Of a stretch of 64,000 bases of DNA, positions 51,124 through 64,000 are shown piece after piece. The stretch is taken from positions 14,694,001-14,758,000 of the forward strand of contig OZ059900.1 in the NCBI GenBank assembly GCA_964057225.1, read 5' to 3'. The stretch is from Auanema rhodensis. Its lineage: Eukaryota; Animalia; Nematoda. Numbering within the stretch: position 1 is the stretch's first letter; each line of letters begins with the position of its first letter. The position numbers and the translations under genes are program-made. The notes below the pieces were generated by a model. It worked only from the letters and a program-made list of their open reading frames with translations. It was not told the origin of the DNA and made no database searches.

Positions 51124-51606
51124 ATGTCACTCCTTTTTGTCAATCATATGAAACAATCTAACCAGTTTCTTGGAGAACTGCTTACACGATACGAGATGGA
51201 AGTGAAGGACCTTCTTGGTATTCTGGTAGATTGCGACTTCCACACTGAGGAAGAAGAGGAAACCCTCTCTTGCCTTATCATTTGCTGGACAAAAGTCCAA
51301 CACCAATTCAAAGAATCGTTGAAAAATCATCAAGATAACGAGAAAAAATTCCAAAAATTTCACGAAGCATCAGACAAAACGCTTCGTAAAGCATTAGACA
51401 AACAGTACATCGCCTTCACATCCGATGAAGACTTTGAACCCAACATTAAAAAGGTTCAAAACGCCATTATTGAGCTTGACGAACACATCATGAAAGCCGA
51501 ACGCATACTTAACAAAACCTACTCGCTTATCGCGACAACACTGTCTCTAACATATATTGATTTATGGCCTACTTTACTCAAAGAGCTAATTGGAGTTTGG
51601 TGTTAA
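51124..51606 (+). pseudogene. Truncated Gag-like N-terminus (129 codons) reading through into inverted LTR/array sequence
   Basis: AAAAATG start downstream of the PBS; charged, helical/coiled-coil composition; codons from 51511 on come from the inverted LTR fragment and array spacer. Confidence 0.6.
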
Positions 51607-54600
51607 AATGAACAATTTATTAACGCTGACGTTCCGTTTTTTTTTCATCGTAATTGAGATAGAACATTTAAATTAAATGGAAATGTTTAAAAATTTAGAA
51701 AAAAAACACAAGCTCAAATCACTTTTGAAAAAACAGAAAGTTTAAAACAACCTTTTTTCTAATAATTATCTTTTTTATCCGACTTTTGGAAAAAAACAAA
51801 AATAGCATAACATTCAATAACGATGAATCCGAACAAAAACATTCTCCCCGGCCGGGAATTGAACCCGGGTCTCGCATGTGACAGACGCGGATACTCACCA
51901 CTATACTACCGAGGATTGAATTTGCACTTAGAAACTTTCATTAAGAGTGTGAGTTTGAATTAAAGTAGAAAAATGAAACACTGTCTCTAACATATCTTGA
52001 TTTATGGCCTACTTTACTCAAAGAGCTAATTGAAGTTTGGTGTTACAATTAACGATTGATAAACGCTGACGTATCAATTTTTTTCATCGTAATTAAGATA
52101 GAACACTTAAATTAAATAGAAATGTTTGAAAATTTAAAAATAATCACAAGCTCAAATCACTTTTGAGAAAGCAGAAAGTTTAAAACAATCTTTTTTCTAA
52201 TAATTATCGTTTTTATCCGACTTTTTGAAGAAAACAAAAATAGCATAACATTCAATAACGATGAATCAGAACAAAAACATTCTCCCCGGCCGGGAATTGA
52301 ACCCGGGTCTCGCATGTGACAGACGCGGATACTCACCACTATACTACCGAGGATTGAATTTGCACTTAGAAACTTTCATTAAGAGTGTGAGTTTGAATTA
52401 AAGTAGAAAAATGAAACACTGTCTCTAACATATCTTGATTTATGGCCTACTTTACCCAAAGAGCTAATTGAAGTTTGGTGTTACAATTAACGATTGATAA
52501 ACGCTGACGTATCAATTTTTTTCATCGTAATTAAGATAGAACACTTAAATTAAATAGAAATGTTTGAAAATTTAAAAATAATCACAAGCTCAAATCACTT
52601 TTGAAAAAACAGAAAGTTTAAAACAATCTTTTTTCTAATAATTATCGTTTTTATCCGACTTTTTGAAGAAAACAAAAATAGCATAACATTCAATAACGAT
52701 GAATCAGAACAAAAACATTCTCCCCGGCCGGGAATTAAACCCGGGTCTCGCATGTGACAGACGCGGATACTCACCACTATACTACCGAGGTTTGAATTTG
52801 CACTTAGAAACTTTCATTAAGAGTGTGAGTTTGAATTAAAGTAGAAAAATGAAACACTGTCTCTAACATATATTGATTTATGGCCTACTTTACTCAAAGA
52901 GCTAATTGAAGTTTGGTGTTAAAATGAACAATTGATTAACGCTGACGTTCCGTTTTTTTTTCATCGTAATTGAGATAGAACATTTAAATTAAATGGAAAT
53001 GTTTAAAAATTTAGTAAATATCACAAGCTCAAATTACTTTTGAAAAAACAGAAAGTTTAAAACAACCTTTTTTCTAATGATTATCTTTTTTATCCGACTT
53101 TCGGAAGAAAACAAAAATAGCATAACATTCAATAACGATGAATCAGAACAAAAACATTCTCCCCGGCCGGGAATTAAACCCGGGTCTCGCATGTGACAGA
53201 CGCGGATACTCACCACTATACTACCGAGGTTTGAATTTGCACTTAGAAACTTTCATTAAGAGTGTGAGTTTGAATTAAAGTAGAAAAATGAAACACTGTC
53301 TCTAACATATATTGATTTATGGCCTACTTTACTCAAAGAGCTAATTGAAGTTTGGTGTTAAAATGAACAATTGATTAACGCTGACGTTCCGTTTTTTTTT
53401 CATCGTAATTGAGATAGAACATTTAAATTAAATGGAAATGTTTAAAAATTTAGTAAATATCACAAGCTTAAATCACTTTTGAAAAAACAGAAAGTTTAAA
53501 ACAACCTTTTTTCTAATAATTATCTTTTTTATCCGACTTTTGGAAAAAAACAAAAACAGCATAACATTCAATAACGATGAATCAGAACAAAAACATTCTC
53601 CCCGGCCGGGAATTGAACCCGGGTCTTGCATGTGACAGACGCGGATACTCACCACTATACTACCGAGGATTGAATTTGCACCTAGAAACTTTCATTAAGA
53701 GTGTGAGTTTGAAATAAAGTAGAAAAATGAAACACTGTCTCTAACATATCTTGATTTATGGCCTACTTTACTCAAAGAGCTAATTGAAGTTTGGTGTTAC
53801 AATTAACGATTGATAAACGCTGACGTATCAATTTTTTTCATCGTAATTAAGATAGAACACTTAAATTAAATAGAAATGTTTGAAAATTTAAAAAAAAATC
53901 ACAAGCTCAAACCACTTTTGAAAAAGCAGAAAGTTTAAAACAATCTTTTTTCTAATAATTATCGTTTTTATCCGACTTTTTGAAGAAAACAAAAATAGCA
54001 TAACATTCAATAACGATGAATCAGAACAAAAACATTCTCCCCGGCCGGGAATTGAACCCGGGTCTCGCATGTGACAGACGCGGATACTCACCACTATACT
54101 ACCGAGGATTGAATTTGCACTTAGAAACTTTCATTAAGAGTGTGAGTTTGAATTAAAGTAGAAAAATGAAACACTGTCTCTAACATATCTTGTTTTATGG
54201 CCTACTTTACACAAAGAGCTAATTGAAGTTTGGTGTTACAATTAACGATTGATAAACGCTGACGTATCAATTTTTTTCATCGTAATTAAGATAGAACACT
54301 TAAATTAAATAGAAATGTTTGAAAATTTAAAAAAAATCACAAGCTCAAATCACTTTTGAAAAAGCAGAAAGTTTAAAACAATCTTTTTTCTAATAATTAT
54401 CGTTTTTATCCGACTTTTTGAAGAAAACAAAAATAGCATAACATTCAATAACGATGAATCAGAACAAAAACATTCTCCCCGGCCGGGAATTAAACCCGGG
54501 TCTCGCATGTGACAGACGCGGATACTCACCACTATACTACCGAGGTTTGAATTTGCACTTAGAAACTTTCATTAAGAGTGTGAGTTTGAATTAAAGTAGA

Positions 54601-57600
54601 AAAATGAAACACTGTCTCTAACATATATTGATTTATGGCCTACTTTACTCAAAGAGCTAATTGAAGTTTGGTGTTAAAATGAACAATTGATTAACGCTGA
54701 CGTTCCGTTTTTTTTTCATCGTAATTGAGATAGAACATTTAAATTAAATGAAAATGTTTAAAAATTTAGAAAAAAAACACAAGCTTAAATCACTTTTGAA
54801 AAAACAGAAAGTTTAAAACAACCTTTTTTCTAATAATTATCTTTTTTATCCGACTTTTGGAAAAAAACAAAAACAGCATAACATTCAATAACGATGAATC
54901 AGAACAAAAACATTCTCCCCGGCCGGGAATTGAACCCGGGTCTCGCATGTGACAGACGCGGATACTCACCACTATACTACCGAGGATTAAATTTGCACCT
55001 AGAAACTTTCATTAAGAGTGTGAGTTTGAATTAAAGTAGAAAAATGAAACACTGTCTCTAACATATCTTGATTTATGGCCTACTTTACTCAAAGAGCTAA
55101 TTGAAGTTTGGTGTTACAATTAACGATTGATAAACGCTGACGTATCAATTTTTTTCATCGTAATTAAGATAGAACACTTAAATTAAATAGAAATGTTTGA
55201 AAATTTAAAAAAAAATCACAAGCTCAAACCACTTTTGAAAAAGCAGAAAGTTTAAAACAATCTTTTTTCTAATAATTATCGTCTTTATCCGACTTTTTGA
55301 AGAAAACAAAAATAGCATAACATTCAATAACGATGAATCAGAACAAAAACATTCTCCCCGGCCGGGAATTGAACCCGGGTCTCGCATGTGACAGACGCGG
55401 ATACTCACCACTATACTACCGAGGATTGAATTTGCATTTAGAAACTTTCATTAAGAGTGTGAGTTTGAATTAAAGTAGAAAAATGAAACACTGTCTCTAA
55501 CATATCTTGATTTATGGCCTACTTTACCCAAAGAGCTAATTGAAGTTTGGTGTTACAATTAACGATTGATAAACGCTGACGTATCAATTTTTTTCATCGT
55601 AATTAAGATAGAACACTTAAATTAAATAGAAATGTTTGAAAATTTAAAAATAATCACAAGCTCAAATCACTTTTGAAAAAGCAGAAAGTTTAAAACAATC
55701 TTTTTTCTAATAATTATCGTTTTTATCCGACTTTTTGAAGAAAACAAAAAAAGCATAACTTTCAATAACGATGAATCAGAACAAAAACATTCTCCCCGGC
55801 CGGGAATTGAACCCGGGTCTCGCATGTGACAGACGCGGATACTCACCACTATACTACCGAGGATTGAATTTGCACTTAGAAACTTTCATTAAGAGTGTGA
55901 GTTTGAATTAAAGTAGGAAAATGAAACACTGTCTCTAACATATCTTGTTTTATGGCCTACTTTACACAAAGAGCTAATTGAAGTTTGGTGTTACAATTAA
56001 CGATTGATAAACGCTGACGTATCAATTTTTTTCATCGTAATTAAGATAGAACACTTAAATTAAATAAAAATGTTTGAAAATTTAAAAAAAATCACAAGCT
56101 CAAATCACTTTTGAAAAAGCAGAAAGTTTAAAACAATCTTTTTTCTAATAATTATCGTTTTTATCCGACTTTTTGAAGAAAACAAAAATAGCATAACATT
56201 CAATAACGATGAATCAGAACAAAAACATTCTCCCCGGCCGGGAATTGAACCCGGGTCTCGCATGTGACAGACGCGGATACTCACCACTATACTACCGAGG
56301 ATTGAATTTGCACTTAGAAACTTTCATTAAGAGTGTGAGTTTGAATTAAAGTAGAAAAATGAAACACTGTCTCTAACATATCTTGATTTATGGCCTACTT
56401 TACTCAAAGAGCTAATTGAAGTTTGGTGTTACAATTAACGATTGATTAACGCTGACGTTTCAATTTTTTTCATCGTAATTAAGATAGAACACTTAAATTA
56501 TATAGAAATGTTTGAAAATTTAAAAAAAAATAACAAGCTCAAATCACTTTTGAAAAAGCAGAAAGTTTAAAACAATCTTTTTTCTAGTAATTATCGTTTT
56601 TATCCGACTTTTTGAAGAAAACAAAAATAGCATAACATTCAATAACGATGAATCAGAACAAAAACATTCTCCCCGGCCGGGAATTGAACCCGGGTCTCGC
56701 ATGTGACAGACGCGGATACTCACCACTATACTACCGAGGATTGAATTTGCACTCAAAAACTTTCATTAAGAGTGTGAGTTTGAATTAAAGTAGAAAAATG
56801 AAACACTTTCTCTAACATATCTTGATTTATGGCCTACTTTACTCAAAGAGCTAATTGAAGTTTGGTGTTAAAATGAACAATTGATTAACGCTGACGTTCC
56901 GTTTTTTTTTCATCGTAATTGAGATAGAACATTTAAATTAAATGGAAATGTTTAAAAATTTAGAAAAAAAACACAAGCTCAAACCACTTTTGAAAAAGCA
57001 GAAAGTTTAAAACAATCTTTTTTCTAATAATGATCGTCTTTATCCGATTTTTGGAAAAAAACAAAAATAGCATAACATTCAATAACGATGAATCAGAACA
57101 AAAACATTCTCCCCGGCCGGGAATTGAACCCGGGTCTCGCATGTGACAGACGCGGATACTCACCACTATACTACCGAGGATTGAATTTGCACTTAGAAAC
57201 TTTCATTAAGAGTGTGAGTTTGAATTAAAGTAGAAAAATGAAACACTGTCTCTAACATATCTTGATTTATGGCCTACTTTACTCAAAGAGCTAATTGAAG
57301 TTTGGTGTTACAATTAACGATTGATAAACGCTGACGTATCAATTTTTTTCATCGTAATTAAGATAGAACACTTAAATTAAATAGAAATGTTTGAAAATTT
57401 AAAAAAAAATCACAAGCTCAAACCACTTTTGAAAAAGCAGAAAGTTTAAAACAATCTTTTTTCTAATAATGATCGTCTTTATCCGACTTTTTGAAGAAAA
57501 CAAAAATAGCATAACATTCAATAACGATGAATCAGAACAAAAACATTCTCCCCGGCCGGGAATTGAACCCGGGTCTCGCATGTGACAGACGCGGATACTC

Positions 57601-57651
57601 ACCACTATACTACCGAGGATTGAATTTGCACTTAGAAACTTTCATTAAGAG
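51538..57651 (-). repeat. Tandem tRNA-Asp(GTC) array, minus strand, 14 genes
   Basis: Genes from 51844-51915 to 57548-57619 at ~439-bp period. Confidence 0.97.
57548..57619 (-). tRNA. tRNA-Asp: tRNA-Asp(GTC) next to the LTR of provirus copy 2
   Basis: Consensus 72-nt sequence, reverse complement. Confidence 0.96.
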
Positions 57652-59519
57652 CGTTCCATTCGAATGATCAATGCATTACATTCATATGACGAAGCTGTAG
57701 CAGGCGGGTTAGAGTCAGAGAATGCGAGACTGAGAGAAGACGACCCGCCCTTTTCCATATTACAACACTTCAGCTTTGCCTCAGGGACGATCATGGATGG
57801 TTGGTCGTTCTCTCTCTGTTCTCTATTAGTTTAACCTTTACTTAGTTATATGTATCTTATTGTAATCACGTAGATATAATAAACCAATCTTTCTCGAGTC
57901 TTATGTTTATCCTTATGCTCCATGTTTAACCGCTACATCTGGAATACTACCACGCTCATCTTGTAGACTCCATTGGTCTGTAAGATCGACGCGGGAGCAT
58001 AACGGAACGTGGAGGTTCCACCTCGAACTTATCACAATTTTTTTTTCTTCCTTCTCTCTAATGTTTGTGTTGTTAATTTATTTTCAAATCTCTTTCATCT
58101 CTTTTTTTCTCATACCATCTACTCTATGTCTTAACACAATACGGAGGGGCCAACAACGTTAAATGGGAACAGAGGCAAGGAATCCTTTTTTTTTAAAGAA
58201 GGATTATACGTTTCGAGATTATTATTTTCCCGTTTGTTCACAAAAATTCTTTCGTCTGAACCTTTAAATTTCGTATCCTTGCTTATAACATCTGAAATGC
58301 TCTGTTACCCAACCTTGAAGCTTGATGAGGGCTTTAGGCTGAATTAGTGAACAAATTCACCTAAAGTAATTGTTATTTTGTATTTCCCACGCCTTCTCCT
58401 TTTTAAGGATTAATTTTGGCTTCAAGGAAAGTATAACTTCGGTTATATCTTTATATTTCGTGGATGAAGTTTGTTTTGCGAATCAGGACTATTTTATTTT
58501 GCGTTACGATTTCGTTCAGACAAATTTTGCTTCTAACATCCTAAATTTATAATCAGTACGCATGAAAAAAATTACACGGGAAACCTCACCAAAAAGGGAG
58601 GATTGTTAATTTATAGATCGCTATAGTCCGAAAAATCCTGTTGAAAAATGTTATCTCGAATTTGAATCATGATTAACACAGGTCGTGTTGGCTAAAGCAT
58701 ATCGGTTTGGATTTTCTCCCCTTACTGAATGTCACCTTCCTCATACCGTTATTGTTGTTCAGAAGCATAAGACTCACGCATTGAACCTTATTCCAACATT
58801 AATACTAGTTCTTGTAATATTTAGCCATTTAACTCTGCTTTTATTTCAAAATTCGATTTCTGATCACGAAATACCTACATTCATCATTGCGAAACGCTCT
58901 TTTGTAAAACTAATATTACGAATCCCATGACTTTTGTTACAACGAAACATGCGAGCTAGACCAAACGTATTTGAAAACCAGATTGTAAAGAAACAAAAAT
59001 TATTTTTGGTCACAAAAGAGAAATTGGTGCACATTTATTGTTAAACTGCTCTTTTATCAAAAGCATGTTACGAATTACACCATAAGTTTTGTTGCAAGAT
59101 GACACACCACATGGTCGAGAAACTAGTGTAACAAAACATAAGTTTAGTCAGCATGAGGAAAATGGTTGCATACAAATCAGTAAAATGTGCTGTAATTGAA
59201 CGAATATTACGAATTACACTAAACGTTTTGTAAAATAACAGCTTGGTCACCCCAGATGTTTTGTGAATCAGATTTTCAACTACAGAGAAAATACGGAGAG
59301 CACCAGAGTCCCGATATCACAGAGTAGAAGGCGGATCCATCGCCATTGGCCAAGGCATCGACCTCATTCTCACAAGTTGTCGATACGACACCGGTCGCTC
59401 TCCAAAGCCCTTCTCATTTTGCCTACATCCTCATCCTTATTCACCGCATTCTTTAACGTCTCAACATCCCACACGTTACCAAGCACTCAAGGTTTTTTCA
59501 AACCAAGAGTTCTAGCAAG

Positions 59520-61094
59520 GTGGCTAAGAGATTCCATTCAGCCGTACCTATAAGTACGCATTTCGATTCCCAAGACTCAGCTCCCTTTACCAGAAGTCGA
59601 GCTCGAGCTCAAGACGTCGCTATATTAGAAGAGGAGCAGAAAGTCGACAAGAAGCCGGATAATTTCCTTATTCCTACTACTGATTCTGTCTCACCTACTG
59701 AACAACTAGGCGACCCGGACTACGTACCTACTATAGAAGAAGAACTATCAATCATTGTGGAGGAACAAACACCGATCACTCCTAAAAAGGTACGCTCCTC
59801 TAATTCTAATAAAAATAAGAAAAATCAAAACATCAGCGACGCTTCTCAGTCTCTCTCACTAACCGAACCAACCGATTCCCCTTTACTTTCAAAAACTTCT
59901 AGCGCGGGCGGGCTTAGTTCTCTTAGAAACATTGTTACTGATCTTTTTAACCTTTCGCCTAAAGATAAAACTTTCAACACCAAGCGCAAAAGCAGATATT
60001 CATCAGTCCCTAACATTAATATCTCACCAATTCAACCACCTGCGCTAAATACCAGTATTCATCAAACTTCTACTCCCATCTTAACAACAACAGACTCACT
60101 TCCTAAGGCACCCAATAGACCTATTCCATCCACGCAAACAACCCCTATTTTGGAGACCCCACCAATAACAGGTAGAACGATCAAAATACCATCTACCCGT
60201 ACAAATAACATCATGACGGAAGCTGTTTCCTCACTACCTGGGGCAGGGAAAACAACAATCGCGCAAGCCTTACTTTGGCCTTACTGTCCAACTTACGACG
60301 GCAGTCGTAACTTCCGTGATTTTACGGGTAAATTCAACTTGTTTGCTAATGCCATTGGCCTTGTTATCCCTAAAAGGTTAGCACTTCTTCCTTTGCTTCT
60401 CAAAAATGAAGCAGCAGAAGAAGCTTACAGACAAGTTCCTGAACAACTTAAAACAACTGGTTCGTGGAATGATCTGATTAGAGCACTAACATCGAAGCTC
60501 TGCCCTGAATATAACCAAGACCCTGCACTTATTAACCTTCAAAACACCACGCAAGGGGAATTGACAATTGATGCATACGCCCAAGCATTAAGAACAATGG
60601 CATTGAGTGCATTTGCATCTGATGACCCACATAAAGATCAAATACTGAGATCAACATTCCTCAGAGGACTTAAAAATTCTCTAAAACCAGCTGTGATCCG
60701 AGCAAAGCCAAAATCCTTCACAGAAGCGATTGAAGCAGCTCGCTGGGAGGAATCGATAGTGAACCAAACAACAGACACGCAATCGATGTTGGTCAACGCT
60801 GTGAACAAAGCACTAGCACCCTTTGCGCGTAATGATGAGAGACGAGATAGCCAAACATTTAATCGCAATTATCAACGCGATAACCAAATGATAAGAAACA
60901 ATCAAAATTATCAAAATTATCAAAATTATCAAAAAAATAAAAACTTTTCTAATTTCAATAATAATCGAAACCGTTACGGTTCTTTCGCTAATAATAATCG
61001 CCGTACAAATTATAACGAACAAGATAATAGGCAATCGAGTTCTGATTGGCATCAAAGAAATTATAATTTTCGTCATAACAACCAACGAGGTTGA
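59520..61094 (+). CDS. gag: Gag region, copy 2
   Basis: Protein identical to 4132-5706. Confidence 0.85.
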   Translation: MAKRFHSAVPISTHFDSQDSAPFTRSRARAQDVAILEEEQKVDKKPDNFLIPTTDSVSPTEQLGDPDYVPTIEEELSIIVEEQTPITPKKVRSSNSNKNKKNQNISDASQSLSLTEPTDSPLLSKTSSAGGLSSLRNIVTDLFNLSPKDKTFNTKRKSRYSSVPNINISPIQPPALNTSIHQTSTPILTTTDSLPKAPNRPIPSTQTTPILETPPITGRTIKIPSTRTNNIMTEAVSSLPGAGKTTIAQALLWPYCPTYDGSRNFRDFTGKFNLFANAIGLVIPKRLALLPLLLKNEAAEEAYRQVPEQLKTTGSWNDLIRALTSKLCPEYNQDPALINLQNTTQGELTIDAYAQALRTMALSAFASDDPHKDQILRSTFLRGLKNSLKPAVIRAKPKSFTEAIEAARWEESIVNQTTDTQSMLVNAVNKALAPFARNDERRDSQTFNRNYQRDNQMIRNNQNYQNYQNYQKNKNFSNFNNNRNRYGSFANNNRRTNYNEQDNRQSSSDWHQRNYNFRHNNQRG

Positions 61095-61202
61095 TTCAAT
61101 AACAACAACGGACAAAGAAGAGTTCAATTCAAAAATCCAAGAGACAACTCAAGAGGAAGAGATAGAAGCTCAACAAGAATAAACTCTGTCACTCTTTCGC
61201 CT

Positions 61203-64000
61203 TTGACGCTCACAGTTATCATGGCAATAACAGCAGCAATATTCTTGCCCTGTGCATCTACATATCAAATCTGTACAAGAGCAACAGGAGGCGCATTACT
61301 TATGCCACCAACAATCAGAAAATGCAGATTAACAGAGAAAAACCATGTGCTACGTACAGAAGTTCATCTGTACACAAGAAATCACACAGCACACGAATGG
61401 GATGCGTGGCGTTGTTCAGAGGAAGTACACAAGTTATGCGTACGAGACCTGCTATTCCTGCGCGATACGAACAGAACAATAAATAGAATACAGCTTATAG
61501 GAGAGCGCGAGTGCAGACAGGCAATCCGCGATCGCAAGTGGAATGACATAGAACTGCAACGCATTGATAGTATCACCCAAGCAACTCCGGAGCCCTCCTA
61601 TGACCCAGCGCGCGCGTTCAACCGCGACGCGTGCGAGGAGCGGTCACGTCTAATATTAGAGCGCGGAGTCATGACCCGTATGCCTGACGATACAATATTG
61701 TCAAACTTAATATTAAACACGGAAGGATGCAATGCACATCATGGTAATTGTGAATCAAGTACATCAATAATAATATAGGACCCACAAACCACTGCTTCAC
61801 GTTGTAATTACATCGATATGCATACATATGACGCTATCATTAGTCAAGATACTATTTTAATCCCTAGTACACAATCGGCACTTATTCTTTCGAGCAAACC
61901 AACTCCGAAACCTATTTCTTCTTGCTTCAGGCAGCCAGCGTTCCATACGACATCAGGAAATTATATCATTCTTCCTAAATTTCCAAACGACAACAATATA
62001 ACCACCCTTATTGAAAGAGAGTTCAAAAAGCTGCCGTTTAAAAGACCAAAACGTGCAGTCACCGAAGGATGTTCTTTCCCACTGGATCAAGATCGGATCA
62101 ACGAAGTTGAAGATTATGAAACAGTATTGCTTCACGTCTGTCCATATACTTTCCTAAGACCATTAATGAGTAATCCCGGTATTACTTCAATTATTCCTAT
62201 AATCAAAGGAAGACGTTTAGTAGATCCAACATACTCTCTAAAGGCATGGATAACATCACATAAAGAAAAATTCGAATTTTTCTTCAGAATTCAAATAAAT
62301 GAACATTCTGTTCGACATTTTCTCAAGTAATACGATTTCAGTGATAAAGAAGAAGCTCTGCTATATTATATAGCACAAAGAGAATTAGCCATTACTACAA
62401 AGGCAGCAATATCATACTTAACATCTGAACAGCTTCTCGAACAAATATCAGATCGTTTGACAGTAATCGAATTCGATGAAATCATAAGGAAGAAAGAAGG
62501 TTCATATCGCGAACGAATTGAAAGCATAGCTCTCAATTTAACCAATACACCAGTTATAATTGAAGAAGGATTGACAGTTCCATCACGACAAGAAGTCCTA
62601 CAAACGTTCATACAAATGCCACCAATAAGGAAACGTATACTAACTGACGAGGAAGAGAAGAAAAGCGAATTCATTAAAGCAACGATCAATTTACTAAGAG
62701 AACTAAAAACCCTCACAACAGTACGATGGAATAAAACTGCAGCATTTATTGATGACAGAAAATTTATAAAATTGCCAGCATCACGACAATTCATGCCAAA
62801 TACAGATAAACTATTTTATGACAGGAAGAATAATTATGGAATACCGATCGGTCCACACCCTAAGCTGATCAAGCCCAGCAATCTTTCAAAGAAATTATTA
62901 TTGGAAATATTTTTACCCCTGCTCAATAATGTAAAAACACCTTATACATCGAGTAGGATAACACAAGAACAACTTCAAATCTTAATGGCAGAGAAAAATG
63001 AAACAAATTTTCGGCAAATCGCAACGCTGACATCCAGCGTCGCGGCAGGCGGCGCGGCTAGCGGCGCGGTTGTGACACCAGTCCAACCTTTGATCGAACG
63101 GAAGGGAACAATCCAATCAGTTACCACAATACAGCCGCAAATAACGAACAATCCTCACACAAATGCAACAACCACCACAAGAGCACCATCATGGAGGCAA
63201 CAGCCATCAACAACGGCGCCTCACACGACCGCTGCGACAACAGCACGCACAACAACATCAACCGCTCGTTCGCCAACAACAACGAGAAGCTATGCCATAT
63301 ACAAAGACGCACAGATTCCAAAAATACAAGAGACAACCGAAGCCTCTCCAACATTGATTCGAAAAAACCGAGCTTCCTCAACACCATCAGTAGAAACCTC
63401 AAATTCAGTGGAAGCAAATGCGAGATACATAGCAACGAAAATTGACTCGGTACAAGAGTTTCGTCAAAATATATCGAACAAAATAGCCCAAGATCATTTA
63501 CAGTATGCTACTACAATGATCCAAGAGGAATTGCAGAAACATTTTGAAGAATCATACGAATCGATTTGCGAGATACAAAATCGGTATCTGGAATTATGGA
63601 AATCAATTCTACAAATTGAACCAACAATCGCAATGCGAACAATACTGGGAAGAGAAGATATAGCCGCACGGTTTGTAGGCAATGAAATTTTGCATATACA
63701 TGTATGCCCTACAGTGCTAGAGAAAACCATTTATCACAATCACACCGTAAATGGCACATGCTATCTCGAAACCCCAGTCTGGACACAAGACGGACAGTTA
63801 CTGTTTGCAGCACCCGGATCCAAGGATCTTTTACCTCATGGTAAAGAAATAAGCTGTGATCACGTACCAACAGATATCTGGTCTAGCGAAGGTGAATGGA
63901 AAGGAATTAATGGGACTGCAAACGTCAATCTTGTATCAATGTGGGACGGACTTCATCACGAAAAAATAACACCATTAAAATTTACCGGAGCTCACTTATA
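61203..64000 (+). pseudogene. env: gB-like env, copy 2 (partial); stops at 61776-61778 and 62328-62330, then open to the window end
   Basis: TGG>TAG is unique to this copy; CAG at 63132 where copy 1 has TAG. Confidence 0.8.

Larger units (their letters stand above)
50497..51537 (+). mobile_element. Truncated LTR retrotransposon (probably BEL/Pao): 5' LTR, PBS, leader, start of gag, then an inverted 27-bp LTR fragment
   Basis: TGTCGCG...CGCCACA LTR with AATAAA 50762-50767, tRNA-Gly PBS, ATG-initiated helical ORF. The family call rests on PBS type and ORF character only. Confidence 0.7.
55389..64000 (+). repeat. Near-identical duplicate of 1-8612 (55,388-bp higher-order period)
   Basis: Constant offset of 55,388 for the matching ORFs (279/55667, 4132/59520, 8106/63494), including unit-specific variants. 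Confidence 0.95.
57652..64000 (+). mobile_element. Env-bearing Ty3/gypsy element, copy 2 (LTR 57652-58009, PBS 58010-58022; runs off the window)
   Basis: Near-identical to 2264-8612, with the same insertion junction. Confidence 0.95.

Noticed and set aside
50497-51537. DNA transposon or MITE with 27-bp terminal inverted repeats
   Set aside because: The inverted symmetry continues into the flanking array, there is no direct TSD or transposase, and the interior has LTR/PBS structure; a fold-back explains it better.

Overview
Eukaryotic, probably nematode, AT-rich DNA. Most of the window is a tandem array of a ~439-bp unit, each carrying one tRNA-Asp(GTC) gene: by my count 103 complete copies plus 1 partial. 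The ~60-aa 'MVSIRVCH...' ORFs are spurious translations of these tRNA genes. The array switches strand only at LTR-retroelement sequences. The first is an ~11.3-kb Ty3/gypsy element (2264-13559). Its five long ORFs share one reading frame and join into a single ~2,900-codon polyprotein ordered Gag - herpesvirus-gB-like envelope fusogen - protease - RT - RNase H - integrase, so env lies between gag and pol, in frame. The element has non-canonical CG...CG LTR ends, a tRNA-Gln PBS that may be bipartite, and four in-frame stops with no frameshifts. The second is a truncated TG...CA LTR element with a tRNA-Gly PBS (BEL/Pao-like, 50497-51537) at the centre of a fold-back palindrome. The whole block repeats with a 55,388-bp period, and the second provirus copy carries a different set of nonsense mutations. 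All calls are by eye, and family resemblances rest on remembered motifs rather than searches.
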